Part shown: piece after piece, positions 22,361 through 35,271 of the stretch
Layout: each line of letters begins with the position of its first letter
Position numbering within the stretch: position 1 is the stretch's first letter
NCBI GenBank assembly: GCA_046563655.1
Contig: CM102283.1
Location: 620,001 to 684,000, forward strand
DNA length: 64,000 bases
Reading direction: 5' to 3'
Source: Yuukianura sp. NJ FZ-2021
Lineage: Eukaryota
Program-made: the position numbers and the translations under genes
Notes under the pieces: generated by a model
Database searches by the model: none
The model's input: the letters and a program-made list of their open reading frames with translations, nothing else
Told to the model about the DNA's origin: nothing

Positions 22361-24078
22361 AGTTTTCCAAAATAATTTAGATTTTAGCCACAAAATATTT
22401 AGAATCACTGTTTTTTAGTTTTTTTATTTACTACATAATGTGTTCATATGAAATGAAGTTCTTTCGCAAACACAAACGTATTTATTATCTACATTTTAGC
22501 TCCTACTTGTTAAAATGTAATTTGAAATTAATTACTGAAGTTAACTAATGCCATTCGAAACAAAAATAAAAACTCAAAGTTGGCAGAATTGGTTCTTGCG
22601 TTGGTCTGATTTTTTTTGAAATACATCATCGGCACTATCTGTTTCTCACATTCGGATTGTTTACAAAGTCATTCTAATTCAAGTCCAAATTAACCCTCCA
22701 CATAATTAATAATGAGGTGTTAGTATAATAATTTATAACAGTCACTTAATATCTTTAGAAATATATATTCGATTTTTTTTGTAATTTTGAAAATGTAAAA
22801 GTGATCAACTAAAAATCTTAACGTCGGATTATACTTAAGTTTCATATACAAAAAATTACACACTTTAAGTAGTACTGCGGCTTACTTAGTAGGTTTTGGA
22901 CTCAATTAAAAACGGTTAATTAAACCTTACTTTTATACTGGGACAACCCTAATTTGCGTTAATTGATTCACCTAGTTTAAAATAAACTCAATTCAAAATA
23001 TAAACTGCAGACATGTGCCTAGCCATGTTATACAGAATTATTACGCATCTGTTGATGAATATAGTTAACCATTTTCGATTATTGTTATTAAGTTCCAGTA
23101 CGCCATTTCTTCGACTGAATTACTGCAAAACGAATTACTCCGAAAGTCGAATTATTGGGAAAGGTGAATTACTACGGAATGTTATTTTAAAGTAAAAGTA
23201 AATTAGGTTCTGTCAGACATCATAAAGTAAGGTTTGGGTTAGACTTATTAATATCATCATTCATGAGCTTAGGTGAAAATCATTAAGACTAGATTTTGTT
23301 TGCTTAACGACTTTCTTTTAACGTAATTCGACTTTCAACGTAATTCATTTCGCAGTAATTCAGTCGCAGTAATTCGCTTGGTAGTAATTCATTCGACGAA
23401 ATATAATGGAATGAAACCTATAAGAAGTATTATTTACTGATTTAACCGTATATTGGAAATTTCGCACTTATAAGAGTGTACGTGTGAAGGAGAACGCATC
23501 TTCCAATCCGCCAAATTTTAAATCCTGTGCTGTCAATATTTTGATTTTCATATTTTCAGAATTAAAAATCGGTGTTTTCGCATATGTTTTTAACACTTTA
23601 GCTGTAGTAAGTTAGTAAAATCTTAAGTGTATGTGTAGCTGCAATTATCTTTCTTATCTTTATGAGTTATTACTATTCGAAACTGATTTTGGTTAGTGTA
23701 ATACGTAATAGTAGTATAATATAATAGTAGAAGTAGATTGTGTGGACGTGGAGGGATTGGACGCAAGCACAGCATACCGCGCAACAAACAAACTCTAATT
23801 CGGTAATTCTCTACCTAATTAACCTGAAGTAGAATTAAATATTAAATAGTGTAGTCACATTAACCCTTAGACTATAGGTAAACTTACTTAACTCTAAAGT
23901 TCATATAATCCCTCGAATGCGGAAACCAAGGACATAAAATAGTTGAAACATTTATGGTATAATTTCACTTTTCACAGATTTAAAATTCCTAAATTATATT
24001 ACTTACTAGGTATTCATTATTCATACGACCGGCGGGCGGGACCCCGTGACGGGAGGACCTGTCAAACTCATCCTGGGA

Positions 24079-26172
24079 ATGTCTCAGCCATCTGTTTCTG
24101 ATTACTTCAATGTCGTGAAGAGGAAAACCGATGGGCATTCCTTGAAAACCGAAAATGCAAAGAATGATGATGCACCAGTTCCTCCTTCCGAAGAAGTTAC
24201 GGAACCTCCAGAATGCACATTCGAAGATGTAGCTGCAACTACAACTGGGAATTGTGAAACGTCTATATCCATTTCGGAATTGCCACGAAAATTGCCACGC
24301 CTCGCTTTGATAGCTTCGGGAAGTACCGCACCAATTTCCGAATCTGAGGCCGGTAGACTTATTTCAGCTGGTCCGCCACGTCTCACTCCAATTAAAAATG
24401 GAGTCCCGATTCCTACTTCGCCGGTTCGGGATTGCCGAAGGCCGGGTTTGTTGCACGGAGGTGTTAGTTCCCCATTGAGAACAAGCACCTCTGACGTGAC
24501 GTCTCCATCGAAAGCAAGCAGTATCGGCAACGGTAGTCCTATTTCTCGTGGAAGCCCTATCAAACCGGCTCCAGAAATTCTCAAGAAATCGGTAGTTAAG
24601 AGATTGTTTTGCATCGGAGATGAAGTTGAAGAAGCAAGTACTAATATGGCGGTTAATGATTTGCCTCTACCAGCTTACCAAAAGTAAGGCAATTGTGTCG
24701 GTTTTTTATGCCAGGAACAGACCTAGTAATTTTAATATTGACACACTGAATTGCTGAATCTTTTTCCCTAGGTTTGCCCATTTGGCTTCAAGGAATCAAG
24801 AATTTCAAGGGAATGATTTGTTTCAGGAAGAGCCGTCTCTGTCTCCGACAGATATGGAACTGTATGCATCTACATTGCCACTTCCTTACAAGTACAACGT
24901 TGTTCAAGAACTATTTCGAGCTGTGGAGACTGTATCATCGCTATTTTACAATCGGAGAGAACCAATTAAATTTTCTAAACTCAAAGTGAAAGTTAGCGAT
25001 TTGCTGAGGAAACCACTGCTTCGAAAACAGCACCTATCTCAAATACTCACGATACTACCGAATTCATATGATCTCAGCTGGGTCAAAGGTGAACTTTTAG
25101 TGAAGTCTAACATAAGTCGATTTAGCACATCTCATGCACGCATGGATCATGAAGTGTTGATGGCCAGACGAAGAGAATTCACAAAGAACCTTCTTGGTAT
25201 TTGTTATCAACATCATTTGGTGAGAAATATGTTTTCTGACTCTTCCTTTTCAGAATTTTAACTCCTGAATTAAATTAATGTTTTGGTTGATACAGGATTT
25301 TCTAACTGCACTTGTTCCACCAATCCACCTTCCAGCAGGAAAAACACTCACGCGATGGCATCCCAGTTTTCCATTGGATAACGTTCCGGACATTGACGGC
25401 ACCGTGTTACCCTCAAATCCAGATTTGTCTCCGTCAAAGTCGACATCGAGATTGAATTCAGAATCACCGGAGAAGGATGAAGATTCTCGACAACAAAAGA
25501 CCAAGATAATTCAATCCGAAATTGCAAAAGCTAAAGAGGCCCTCATGGCAATACGAAAGTCAAAGTTGAAGTTGTCCAGTATTTCTCCGCTCGACCAACC
25601 GAAACGAACGATCACAAAAGAGAAATCGGTTGCTGCTGTTCAATTGATTTCGAACTCTCTGCTTGATAAGGTTTACAATTTAGAGCTTCACAGTTTTTTT
25701 TTAAATGCTTATTGTGCATTACTTTCTATATCTTTAGATCCGTGCTCGTGAGCGACTCAAGGCAATTCGCTCCATGACATTGACCCCAGAAGAAAGCAAA
25801 GACCGGGAACTTTTGATTCGCCTTCCAAGTTATGTTCGAATCATCCGCAATGCAATTTTAATTGAAAACAAAAGTGTGATTCCGTTACACGTCCTGACTC
25901 GCAGGGTGATGAATAGCCAGTCTCAACTCTGTCGCGAAAGTAAGTTAATTTTGAACTCAAAATGTAAATGCTGAATTTCAATTTGGTAAATATTTCCAGA
26001 TGACGTTGAAGACCACTTCCGTCTCCTGGAGAAGATCGTTCCTGATTGGTTGAGAATTTTGAAAGGAACGCAAGGAGCGTATGTCAAGGTAGACATGGAC
26101 ATTGACATTAATGGAATCGTTGACCAAGTTGAAGTGTTGATACGTAAATCAGGAGAATCTCTATTTAAGTAA
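24079..26172 (+). CDS. Cdt1: DNA replication licensing factor Cdt1; exons 24079-24683, 24772-25219, 25296-25670, 25738-25939, 26000-26172
   Basis: N-terminal PIP degron MSQPSVSDYFNVVKRK and Cy motif KRLF. LPLPYKY..ELFRAVETV..YNRRE geminin-binding region, TRWHPSFPLDNVPDI, C-terminal ..LLEKIVPDWL..YVKV. All junctions are GT-AG and in frame. Confidence 0.88.
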
Positions 26173-26919
26173 AGTACGTTCTATTCTATTTATAGTTTAT
26201 TTAAATCACACGTTTTCTAATAGCATGTTTGAAGATAACGTGCCGTTTTCAATTTTGCAATGTTTTTTAATGCTAACATTTAAGAATCAAATCAAACTGA
26301 CAGAAATTCCTCACCCCTTCTCTTTCAACTTCAAACTAAGGGGTTACTTTTGGATTTTATGTTATATATTTAAAGTTATATAATTTAATTTTACTTCAGT
26401 TTACTTGTGTTATAAGTAAAGGTCTGAAAGTATGCAAAAGAAAGATACTTTTTAATTCTGTCGAATTGACACGGATTTGTTAAGAGTCCACCAGGAAATT
26501 TGCGAATTTATGGAGGGATGAGGGATCTTGGTCGGAAAATATTTTGAATTTTCGCGTGTAAAAAACGTTTCGCCAATTACAAACGACACTTTTCGCCAAT
26601 TAAAACTGCTCGAAAAGTGTTTTTTAATCGTTTTTTAACCAGCGAAAATTTAAGATGTTTTGCCACAAAGATCACTCCAAAGGAATTCCTTAAATTTCAT
26701 CAGCACTCAAGGAGCTGCGTCAATCTTTTAGGTACCTCTTCTATTCAGCTAGCACTATTCCGTATAATCTATATTCCAAACTTTTAATTCCAAACACTTG
26801 TGTTGAGTTAGGTTAATGACGTCGTTGACCCACACTTTTCAAATTCCCAGTTTTAAGAGCTAGATCGTTTTAGTGTTAGTCTTGAGATCGAGAGGTCAAG
26901 TAAGAAATTGTTTTGAAAA

Positions 26920-28659
26920 ATGATGACGAATTCGGGGGATTTTGAAGACACGAAACCATTGTTACACAATGGCCCGAAAAGTATCAAAACTCAGTTCTTT
27001 GCTGCAGTTACAGGTACGAAACACATCGTCACCTTTTTTTTATTTAAAAAAATATACTAAAAATTAACTGAAATATTCTTTTGCAGCGGCTCTTGGAGGA
27101 TTTTCTATGGGATCAGTTCTCTCCTACACCTCTCCAGCACTTCCTTCATTGAAGAAACATTTACTATTTTCTCAATGGACTCTAGATGAAATATCTTGGT
27201 TTGCTTCAATCGCACCAGTAACTTAACTATTTTAAATTAACTTTATGACTTTGTTTTTTGAAGTTAATTGTGTTACGATTTTGTTTTCATAGTTGGCTTC
27301 TCTCTGCGCATGCGCATGTATCGGCCTATTTACAGAACGGATAGGACGCCGTGGAACCATGGTTTTGCTGACCGTGCCTCTTGTATTAGGCTGGCTCCTG
27401 ATTGGCCTTGGAACAAACTTGTGGACGCTGTGTGCTGGACGGGTTCTGAGTGGATTTGCTGGTGGAGCGTTCTCCGTCGTTGTTCCAGTATACATCAATG
27501 AAACTGCTGGGGAGTCAGTGCGTGGAAGACTTGGTCTTTTGAATTCAGTTGCAATGCCTTCTGGAATGAGCGTCACGTACCTCGCTGGCTGTTTTCTGGA
27601 ATACGATGAATTGGCATTCTTCCTCTGTTTTGCTCCAGTGCTAATGTTCGTCCTGTTGCTCTTTGTCGCTGAATCACCGCGCTACTATCTCTGTCGAGGG
27701 AAGATCCAGCAGGCCTCCAAGGCCCTCGCTTGGTTGCGTGGAGTTGAGGATGTTGAAGAAGAACTGAATTTGGTGAGCCATGATAATGAAAATTACATCT
27801 TTGAATTTTGAAGTTACAGATTCTAAAACGAAATTTGTTGTACTAGATGAAAGCAACCATAAACGATAACCTGAATAACGCTGGCAGTTGCTTGTCGATT
27901 TTTACGGATCCTTCAATACGAAAACCGATGTTGACTTGTATGGGTCTCATGTTCTTCCTTGTAGCCAGTGGAATTGATGCAGTTATTTTCTTCACTTACC
28001 AAATTTTTGAATCCAGTGGAACTCACATCAGTCCAGCTCTATCATCAGTTGCAGTGGGATTTGTGGAATTGATAGCCATTGGACTGTCTTCATTTGCAAT
28101 TGATCGATTTGGACGAAGGCCCTTGATGTTAATTTCTGAAGGAACAATGGCCATTTCCCTTGGAGTTCTTGGACTGTTTTTTCGGTGGAGCAAAGCTGAC
28201 CCCACCTTGGTGGATACGTGGGGCTGGATTCCGCTTGTGTGCATGACTTTTGTTGCAATGGGATTTGCCTTTGGAATGGGGCCTGTTCCTTACGTGTACT
28301 TGGAAGTCATTCCATCTCATGTTGGCGGTAAATAAAAAAGACACTTTTTCTTATATACATATTCTAATTTGACTTAAAGGCTTACCTAGTTAAATTCAAA
28401 TTTTGGATTTTGAAAATTAGGGTTTTCAGAGCCTCTGTTTTTTCTTCTAGGACTTGTTGCTGGATTTGCAGTTTGCTTCAACTGGAGCGTAGCATTCCTC
28501 GTGACGAGATTCTTCGGAGTTTTGCAGGAAGAAATTGGAAGTGACGGAACGTTTTGGCTGTTTGCAGGATTCTGTTGTTTGGGTGGCATCTACATTCTGT
28601 TCTGCGTCCCAGAAACAAAGGGAAAAACATTAGAGGAAATAAGATCATTGTTTCAATAA
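26920..28659 (+). CDS. MFS sugar porter, Tret1/GLUT6/8-like; exons approx. 26920-27013, 27088-27217, 27292-27771, 27847-28327, 28451-28659
   Basis: ERIGRR, PVYINE..RG.LG, ESPRY, DRFGRRPL, GMGPVP, FNW and PETKGKTLEEI motifs. Confidence 0.9.
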
Positions 28660-28880
28660 ACAGTGGCTTCAGGATTTACAACTCTGCAGCTTCGAAAGAA
28701 AACTCCACCAAGGAATTGATACATTTTATAATCATGAGTTAAAGCAATTAAAATCCATTCGAGAATTTTTATTTTTAGAAAATGATGTAATTATGTTTGA
28801 AATTAACGTTATGTCTGTAAACATGGTTGAGTTGAGAAGTAATGCTGTTGGAATTTTTGATTTGAAATGTGGAGGGTGAA

Positions 28881-29318
28881 TTAGAATGACTTTACAAACC
28901 ATCCGAATAGGAGCAGCACAATGCCGTGGATGTGTTTCATCGATGAACCGGGTTTGGCCGAGGCGATTGATGCTGGAGCAGCAGTTCCATTTACGATGTC
29001 GCTCCTTGGTTCCGGCCTGCACTGGATGAGGTCGTACCATACACAACAGCGGAGCTTCGCAAAATCAAGGTAGTCCAGCCCCGCATCTTTGGAAAATCCA
29101 AGGGCCACACCTCTGTCATTCACGCCAGTCTCAAACCACTTCAGCACCGCAGCCTCACCAGTGGCATTGGTTGGAGCGTCCTTACAAAGGAAAGTGGCTG
29201 TATAGTTCAAGATCTCATCTCTGGTCCATGTATTCATAGGTCCAGTTTGTCCGTTGCACAAACGCATTACACCAAAGGCAACGGCGCAGAAAAGAATGGC
29301 GAGTAAAGTCCAGTTCAT
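28881..29318 (-). CDS. Small intronless secreted, possibly GPI-anchored protein of unknown function
   Basis: Signal peptide MNWTLLAILFCAVAFG, a Cys cluster (RCCVWYDLIQC), an Ala/Ser spacer and a hydrophobic C-terminal tail. Confidence 0.6.
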   Translation of the reverse strand: MNWTLLAILFCAVAFGVMRLCNGQTGPMNTWTRDEILNYTATFLCKDAPTNATGEAAVLKWFETGVNDRGVALGFSKDAGLDYLDFAKLRCCVWYDLIQCRPEPRSDIVNGTAAPASIASAKPGSSMKHIHGIVLLLFGWFVKSF

Positions 29319-29797
29319 TCTTGGGTTCAAACAACGTCCAAATTCACCGCGACAAATTTCGTAGTAGGCCATGACACTTTGTTTCAACTATTCCGAATCA
29401 GCAATTCCCAAACAAAATTGAACAACATAAAGAAATTCAAACAAACTTTGGCTAGATGGCCGATGTGTGAAATGATTTTTATTTATAACATTAGTACAAA
29501 AAAAAAGAAAGATTTGTCAAGGTGATTACTATTTCTGGGTTTTTTTCTAGACTAAAGAGAAAAAGTCTAAAGAAATTAAAGAAAAATTGAAAACTAGAGA
29601 AAAAATTAGACCAATACCAAAAACTTTGCTAACTTTAATTTTATTTTTGTTTTAAAAAGTAGGAACTAAAATGTATATAATAAATACTACCTTATTTGTA
29701 GTAAATAGTTGTAAATTATAAATGGTAAATACAAAACCTAAATAAAGTTATGATTCCAAATATGTTGTGACTAAAGTCTAAATTATTTTGGAAAACT

Positions 29798-31821
29798 TTA
29801 GTCCACTTCTTCTATGGTGGGGCCAGAATGTCCGTTAGCTCTAGGTCGCTCACCACAATGCTGCTGACTTCCGGTACGCTGACCTCCGTGCAACTTCGTC
29901 ATGAATGGAGCGCAATATTTCTGAATTTCACTCAATTTGTCATCGTACTCTTCTTTGTCAGCCAAAAGATTGTTGTCCAACCATTTCAGAACTTCGGAGC
30001 ATTTCGTTACAACTTCCTTCTTCTCCGATTCAGTCAATTTGTCCGCCGAAGCTTCTTCCGCCGCTTGTTTGACTCCGAACAAATACGACTCTAATTTGTT
30101 CCGAGCAGCGACTTTCTCCTGTTGCTTCTCGTCTTCCGCTTGATACTTCTCAGCATCCGCAACCATCTTCTCAATTTGCTCCTTGCTGAGTCTTCTCTTG
30201 TCGTTCCGAATTGTAATCTTTTCTGATTTGCCAGTACTCGAATCCTTGGCGGAGACATTCAAAATTCCATTGGCGTCAATGTCAAAGGAAACTTCAATTT
30301 GTGGAACTCCGCGTGGAGCGGGTGGAATTCCGGTTAGGTTGAAAGTGCCAAGTAAATTGTTGTCTTTGGTCATCGCTCGTTCACCTTCAAATACTTGAAT
30401 GGTCACTGCCGGTTGGTTGTCCGAATAAGTCGTGAAGGTCTTGGACTGTTTCGCGGGAATTTTGCAGTTGCGCTCAATAATCTTTGTCATGACGCCTCCG
30501 GCAGTTTCAATCCCAAGTGACAGCGGAGCGACATCGACGAGCAGAACTTGTTGAAGTGAGGCGGAGTTGTCACCGCTCAAAATGGCTCCTTGCACTGCTG
30601 CACCGTAAGCAACGGCTTCATCAGGATTGATGGACTTGTTCAGTTCTTTCCCATTGAAAAAGTCTTGAAGCAGTTTTTGAACTTTGGGAATTCGAGTTGA
30701 CCCGCCAACAAGCACAACGTCATGAATTTGACTTTTGTCCATTTTGGCATCCTTGAGAGCCTTCTCCACTGGTTCCATTGTGGACCGAAACAAGTCCAAG
30801 CAAAGTTCTTCAAATCTGGCGCGGGAAATTTTGGAGTAAAAGTCAACTCCTTCGTGAAGGGCGTCGATTTCAATGCTTGCTTCTGCGTTAGATGACAGAG
30901 TTCGTTTGGCCCGTTCGCAGGCAGTGCGCAGACGTCGAATAGCGCGGACGTTTGAACTGATGTCTTTCTTGTATTTTCGTTTGAATTCTTCCATGAAGTG
31001 GTTGACCAATCGGTTGTCAAAGTCTTCTCCACCGAGATGCGTGTCTCCTGCAGTTGCGCGAACAGAAAAGAGAGATCCGTCATCAATAGTCAGAATGGAG
31101 ACGTCAAAAGTTCCTCCTCCGAGATCAAAGATCAGAACATTTCGTTCTCCTTGGAGATTCTTGTCCAGTCCATAAGCAAGGGCAGCAGCAGTTGGCTCGT
31201 TGATGATTCTGAGAACGTTGAGTCCAGCGATGGCTCCAGCGTCTTTTGTGGCTTGACGCTGTGAGTCATTGAAGTATGCTGGAACTGTGATGACAGCGTC
31301 CTTGACCTGTTGACCCAAGAATGCCTCGGCAGTTTCCTTCATTTTCAAGAGGACCATGGAACTGATCTCTTCTGGAGAAAACGTCTTCGTTTCTCCTTTA
31401 AATTCCACTTCAAAAATTGGTTTGGATGATTCGTTTCGCACTTTGAATGGCCAGTGCTTCATGTCGCCTTTAATCTTCGGATCGTCATATTTTCGTCCAA
31501 TCAATCTGCAATTCAAAAAAAATATTAAGGAATCTGTTTTTTTTTTGTTTTCCTGAAAAATATAATTTTTGAGTTTTCGTTTTCAAACAAAACTTACCTT
31601 TTAGCGTCGAAGATTGTGTTTTTTGGATTCATTGCGACTTGGTTCTTGGCAGCGTCTCCGATGAGTCTTTCAGTGTCTGTGAAAGCGACATAGCTGGGTG
31701 TGGTTCTGTTGCCTTGGTCGTTGGCGATGATCTCCACTTTTCCGTGTTGCCAGACACCGACGCAGGAGTATGTTGTGCCCAAGTCAATTCCAATAGCAGG
31801 AGCTTTCGCAATGGCTACCAT
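29798..31821 (-). CDS. Hsp70: Cytosolic Hsp70, copy 2; intron 31506-31597
   Basis: All three Hsp70 signatures and GPTIEEVD. Near-identical to copies 1 and 3. Confidence 0.97.
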
Positions 31822-32091
31822 TTTGCTTTTTGTCAAAATTTAACTTGAGTAGAAACAATGAACAATAATAAAATTCTGGAAACTTCACAAGTGTAGCAGT
31901 GAAAAGTTCAGTGGAATTTTAGCGTTAACTTTCTTTTTCAGAAAATTGTAAGGTTGATAAGTTCACTTGAATTTGAAAACTTTCTTTTTCAGAAAATTTG
32001 TCAGTTTGGGATTTGGAAGCGTTGGTTTCGCTTTAACTTGTGTCAGATTTGCTTGTGTTAAAGTGAGTTGGGTGAAGGGAGATGGGATGGG

Positions 32092-32280
32092 TTTTTATAC
32101 CAAAATCCATTGAAAGTTCAGGATGTTTCGTAAAGCTTCCAATGCATTCTGGCATACGTCTATTGTACTAAACTTTCGAGAAGTTGCACGTTCATTCCCG
32201 AACTGTCTGTACATTTCTTTCACTTTCCGGATCATTCTGTACATTTCTAGTACTTTCTCCAGTGATCTTCTGGAATGAAA
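32092..32280 (-). promoter_or_regulatory. TATA box and heat-shock elements of Hsp70 copy 2
   Basis: Reverse-complement homolog of the copy-1 promoter with GAA/TTC arrays. Confidence 0.7.
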
Positions 32281-32888
32281 TGAGTCGCCATTATTGGAAT
32301 CCTTTGTACATTGACAAGATTTAATTTTTCACTTTTATTTTTGGTGCATAATCTAAGTTAATTTAGTTTTAAAAATTAGCACAATTTCTGGAGTTTCGAT
32401 TTTCGAAGTTCGGTAGCAACTGGTACACTTCTTAAAATTTTGTCAAATCTTGAAACGAAAGTGTGCATGTGTTACGTGAGCAAGGAAAAGATTTTTTACA
32501 CACAAGTTTTTTTTTACCTTCATGTCGATTAGAAATTTTGATATTGGTGAAAGGAAATTATGGAGGGGTAATAACGACTTTCACTATTAATTATTTTTAT
32601 CTTATAATTAAATGTTTTTTCCATAAAATAAAAAAAAAGTTTACAAAAAGAAAAAAAGTTTTGAAAAAAAAATTTTTTTGTATTTAAAAAAAGAATTTTT
32701 GTACTTAAAAGTATTTTTCTAAGTTAGAAATATTTTTTTATATCTAAAAAAAGTTCTTAAAAAAAGATTTTTTAGTTATGAAGTTATTTTTTCGTATAAA
32801 AAAAACTTTGTTTTTGGGCGAAAAGATATAAATGTGGAGCACTGTAAAAAAAACTTTTGCAACAAAAAAATAAAAATGTGAAGAAATC

Positions 32889-33899
32889 CTGGAGCCGAGA
32901 GCTGTGCCTCCTGGTTAGATTAGGCAATAGCTTAATCTACTCCTAAGCAAAAGAAAAACCGGGTTTCATTTGGAGATCATACTCCAAAAAGAGTTTAGAT
33001 TAAGCTAATTTTTGGTTTAGCTTTAATCCCATTTTCGGTTCGCAAACGGAGAGCAGCGGACAACGTTCCCAGTGGGAACTTGCTCCTAAGGGAGACGGCT
33101 GTGAGTTCAAAACCTGCAGCAGATGTAATTTTTTTTTTATTTTGTCAGAACGTGCCTACTCATATAATATTGCCTTTCAGGGATGGCAAGTGACCCCAAC
33201 ATGTTCAAGTAAGGTCAAAGGTCAAGCCAGATTCGGTTGACCCCTCCTGACCTCAAATATCAACTGCACAAATGGGTTTCCTTAAGAGAACACTCACCAT
33301 ACGCATAACAAGACCATGCGTGACCCGGCTGAGGTCAACATGTCATTTTTAGTTTGAAGTGACATGACCTTTGACCTTAGAGGAATGCCATTAGATCTTA
33401 CATTGAATTGAACAACGAATTAAAGCTAGCAAGCATTAAAACATTCACTCTACATGTCAAGAGGGGTCATTTACAGTTGAGCTGACCTTTGACCTTGCCG
33501 AGGTCAAAGGTCAGGTCGCGGGAATATGTATCGTACATGAGAGAGATTGTCTAGTTAATCGAAACAAGTTTGTTATGTGTCATTTTTCAGGTCAAGGCCA
33601 TCAAATTTGAAGTAAAACGAACTTTTTTTGCATTAACCCAAAAGATAAAACTGCTCCGGAGTGGTTTTTGTTTCAGCATCAAAATCTGGTTAGATTAGGA
33701 AGGTGTGATCTCTGAAACTCTTAATCGGTATTAATTTTCTGGGTGATCTCACCCTAACCAGATTTTTTTGGGTTAGCTGACGATTATCTCAAGATTAGGG
33801 ATAATCGGAAAAATTCCGATTAGTGGTTTCGGTGTGCTCGTCGTTTTTTCTTAATCGGGAACTAAATTCCGATTACCCAGGCACAGCTCGCGGCTCCTG
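32889..33899. mobile_element. Non-autonomous TIR element
   Basis: Ends ctggagccgagagctgtgcct / aggcacagctcgcggctcctg. Confidence 0.6.
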
Positions 33900-33906
33900 A
33901 GCTCAA

Positions 33907-35271
33907 GATTGTGTCGTCATAAGCCAGGATTCGGTGGTCAGTTGTGTTCTCCAAATTGCATACCACGCGAGTCACTACGGGGTCGATTTGAAAAAAAGTT
34001 CCACCTATTTCAGTGACACTTTGTTTTGGTCAAAATAGGTCAAAAAGCGGCATGGGTTACTAAAAACATGTTTTCTGACCTCAGATGACCTTAATTTAGC
34101 GAAAAACCGAAAAATCCGAAATTCGGGGAATTTGCACTTCCGGTGGAATTTTTTCGGATTTTTTGATGCGATCATGTTTGTGACCTTAGTTGATGACCTC
34201 CTGTGAAGTTTGACCCAGATCTGTGCATAAATGACCGAGTTATAGGCCAAAAAGTCCCAAAAAGTGTCAAAAAAGGGTCAACTTTCGGAACCTGTAGCGG
34301 CCAGGGCGTTGACCGGATGGGTACGAATAGGGGGTCTATTCACAAGGTCATGTCCTTAGCTACAAAAAAGTACTAGGTCTAATACCCGTCAGACCCCTGC
34401 GTTACGAGATAATAGCGTTGGAAGGTATGTAACGTTTATGGGGAGATACCAATACCGAAATAACTTAATGTTATTTTTCTTGTGCAAAGTACTGAAAAAA
34501 ATTAAACACATTTGCTTTGTTTTATTAATTTCATAATGTTTGTTCAGTTTTATTTAATGTACTTTCATGTGTTAAAGTTTTTTTCAATAGCATGCACAAT
34601 ATTACGTTGCGCAAAAATAACGTTGCCTTATTTCGTTATTGATATCCCCCCATAAACGTTACTAAGGTCACAAACATGATCGCATCAAAAAATCCGAAAA
34701 AAATCCACCGGAAGTGCAAATTCCCCGAATTTCGGATTTTTCGGTTTTTCGCTAAATTAAGGTCATCTGAGGTCAGAAAACGTGTTTTTAGTAACCCATG
34801 CCGCTTTTTGACCTATTGTGACCAAAACAAAATGTCACTGAAATAGGTGGAACTTTTTTTCAAATCGATCCCATAGTGCGAGTGCACTATTGCCGGTTTT
34901 GTAATTTAGAGAGGACCAAGCCGAGGACAAGACAGTTTTTTCTCGTGCCTGGGAGCTGGGGTGGGTGGTCCAAATGCTCGGTGGACAATAGACTTGTATG
35001 GAGCGTCGGTAGCGCTAGTCTGGCGGAAAGAAGGAGAAACACACGATATCAGCAATAAAAGGGGCCAGAATTGATAACGCTGAAAAAAAGATGTTTCTCA
35101 TTCTTTCCGCCAGACTAGCGCTACCGACACTCCACGCAAGTCTATTGTCCACCGAGCATTTGGACCACCGGCGTGGTCCTCTCCGAATTTCAAAACCGGC
35201 AACAGTGTACTGGCGTGGTATGCAATTGGGTGACAAGAGACCACCGAATCCTGGCTTATGACGACACAATC
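33907..35271. mobile_element. Palindromic MITE interrupted by a Transib-like insertion
   Basis: gattgtgtcgtcataagccaggattcggtggtc and its exact reverse complement. The arms continue across the 33973-34878 insertion. Confidence 0.75.
33973..34878. mobile_element. Non-autonomous Transib-like transposon
   Basis: CACTACG..CATAGTG termini, about 215-bp inverted repeats, 5-bp target duplication cgagt on both sides. Confidence 0.75.

Noticed and set aside
20306-22408. Antisense ORFs conserved across all three Hsp70 copies
   Set aside because: They are shadows of the Hsp70 coding strand, and their conservation follows from the duplication.
23099-23410. Degenerate inverted repeat (gaattact/agtaattc motifs) upstream of Cdt1, and a similar one at about 26460-26725
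   Set aside because: Likely old MITEs, with ends too decayed to define.
23500-23520. E2F-like site (ccgccaaa) upstream of Cdt1
   Set aside because: Biologically plausible, but a single 8-mer is not enough support without knowing the transcription start.
33050-33130. tRNA/SINE-like B-box sequence (also ggttcgagtcccc near 55486)
   Set aside because: I could not build a cloverleaf or find a convincing A box, and both lie within repeats.
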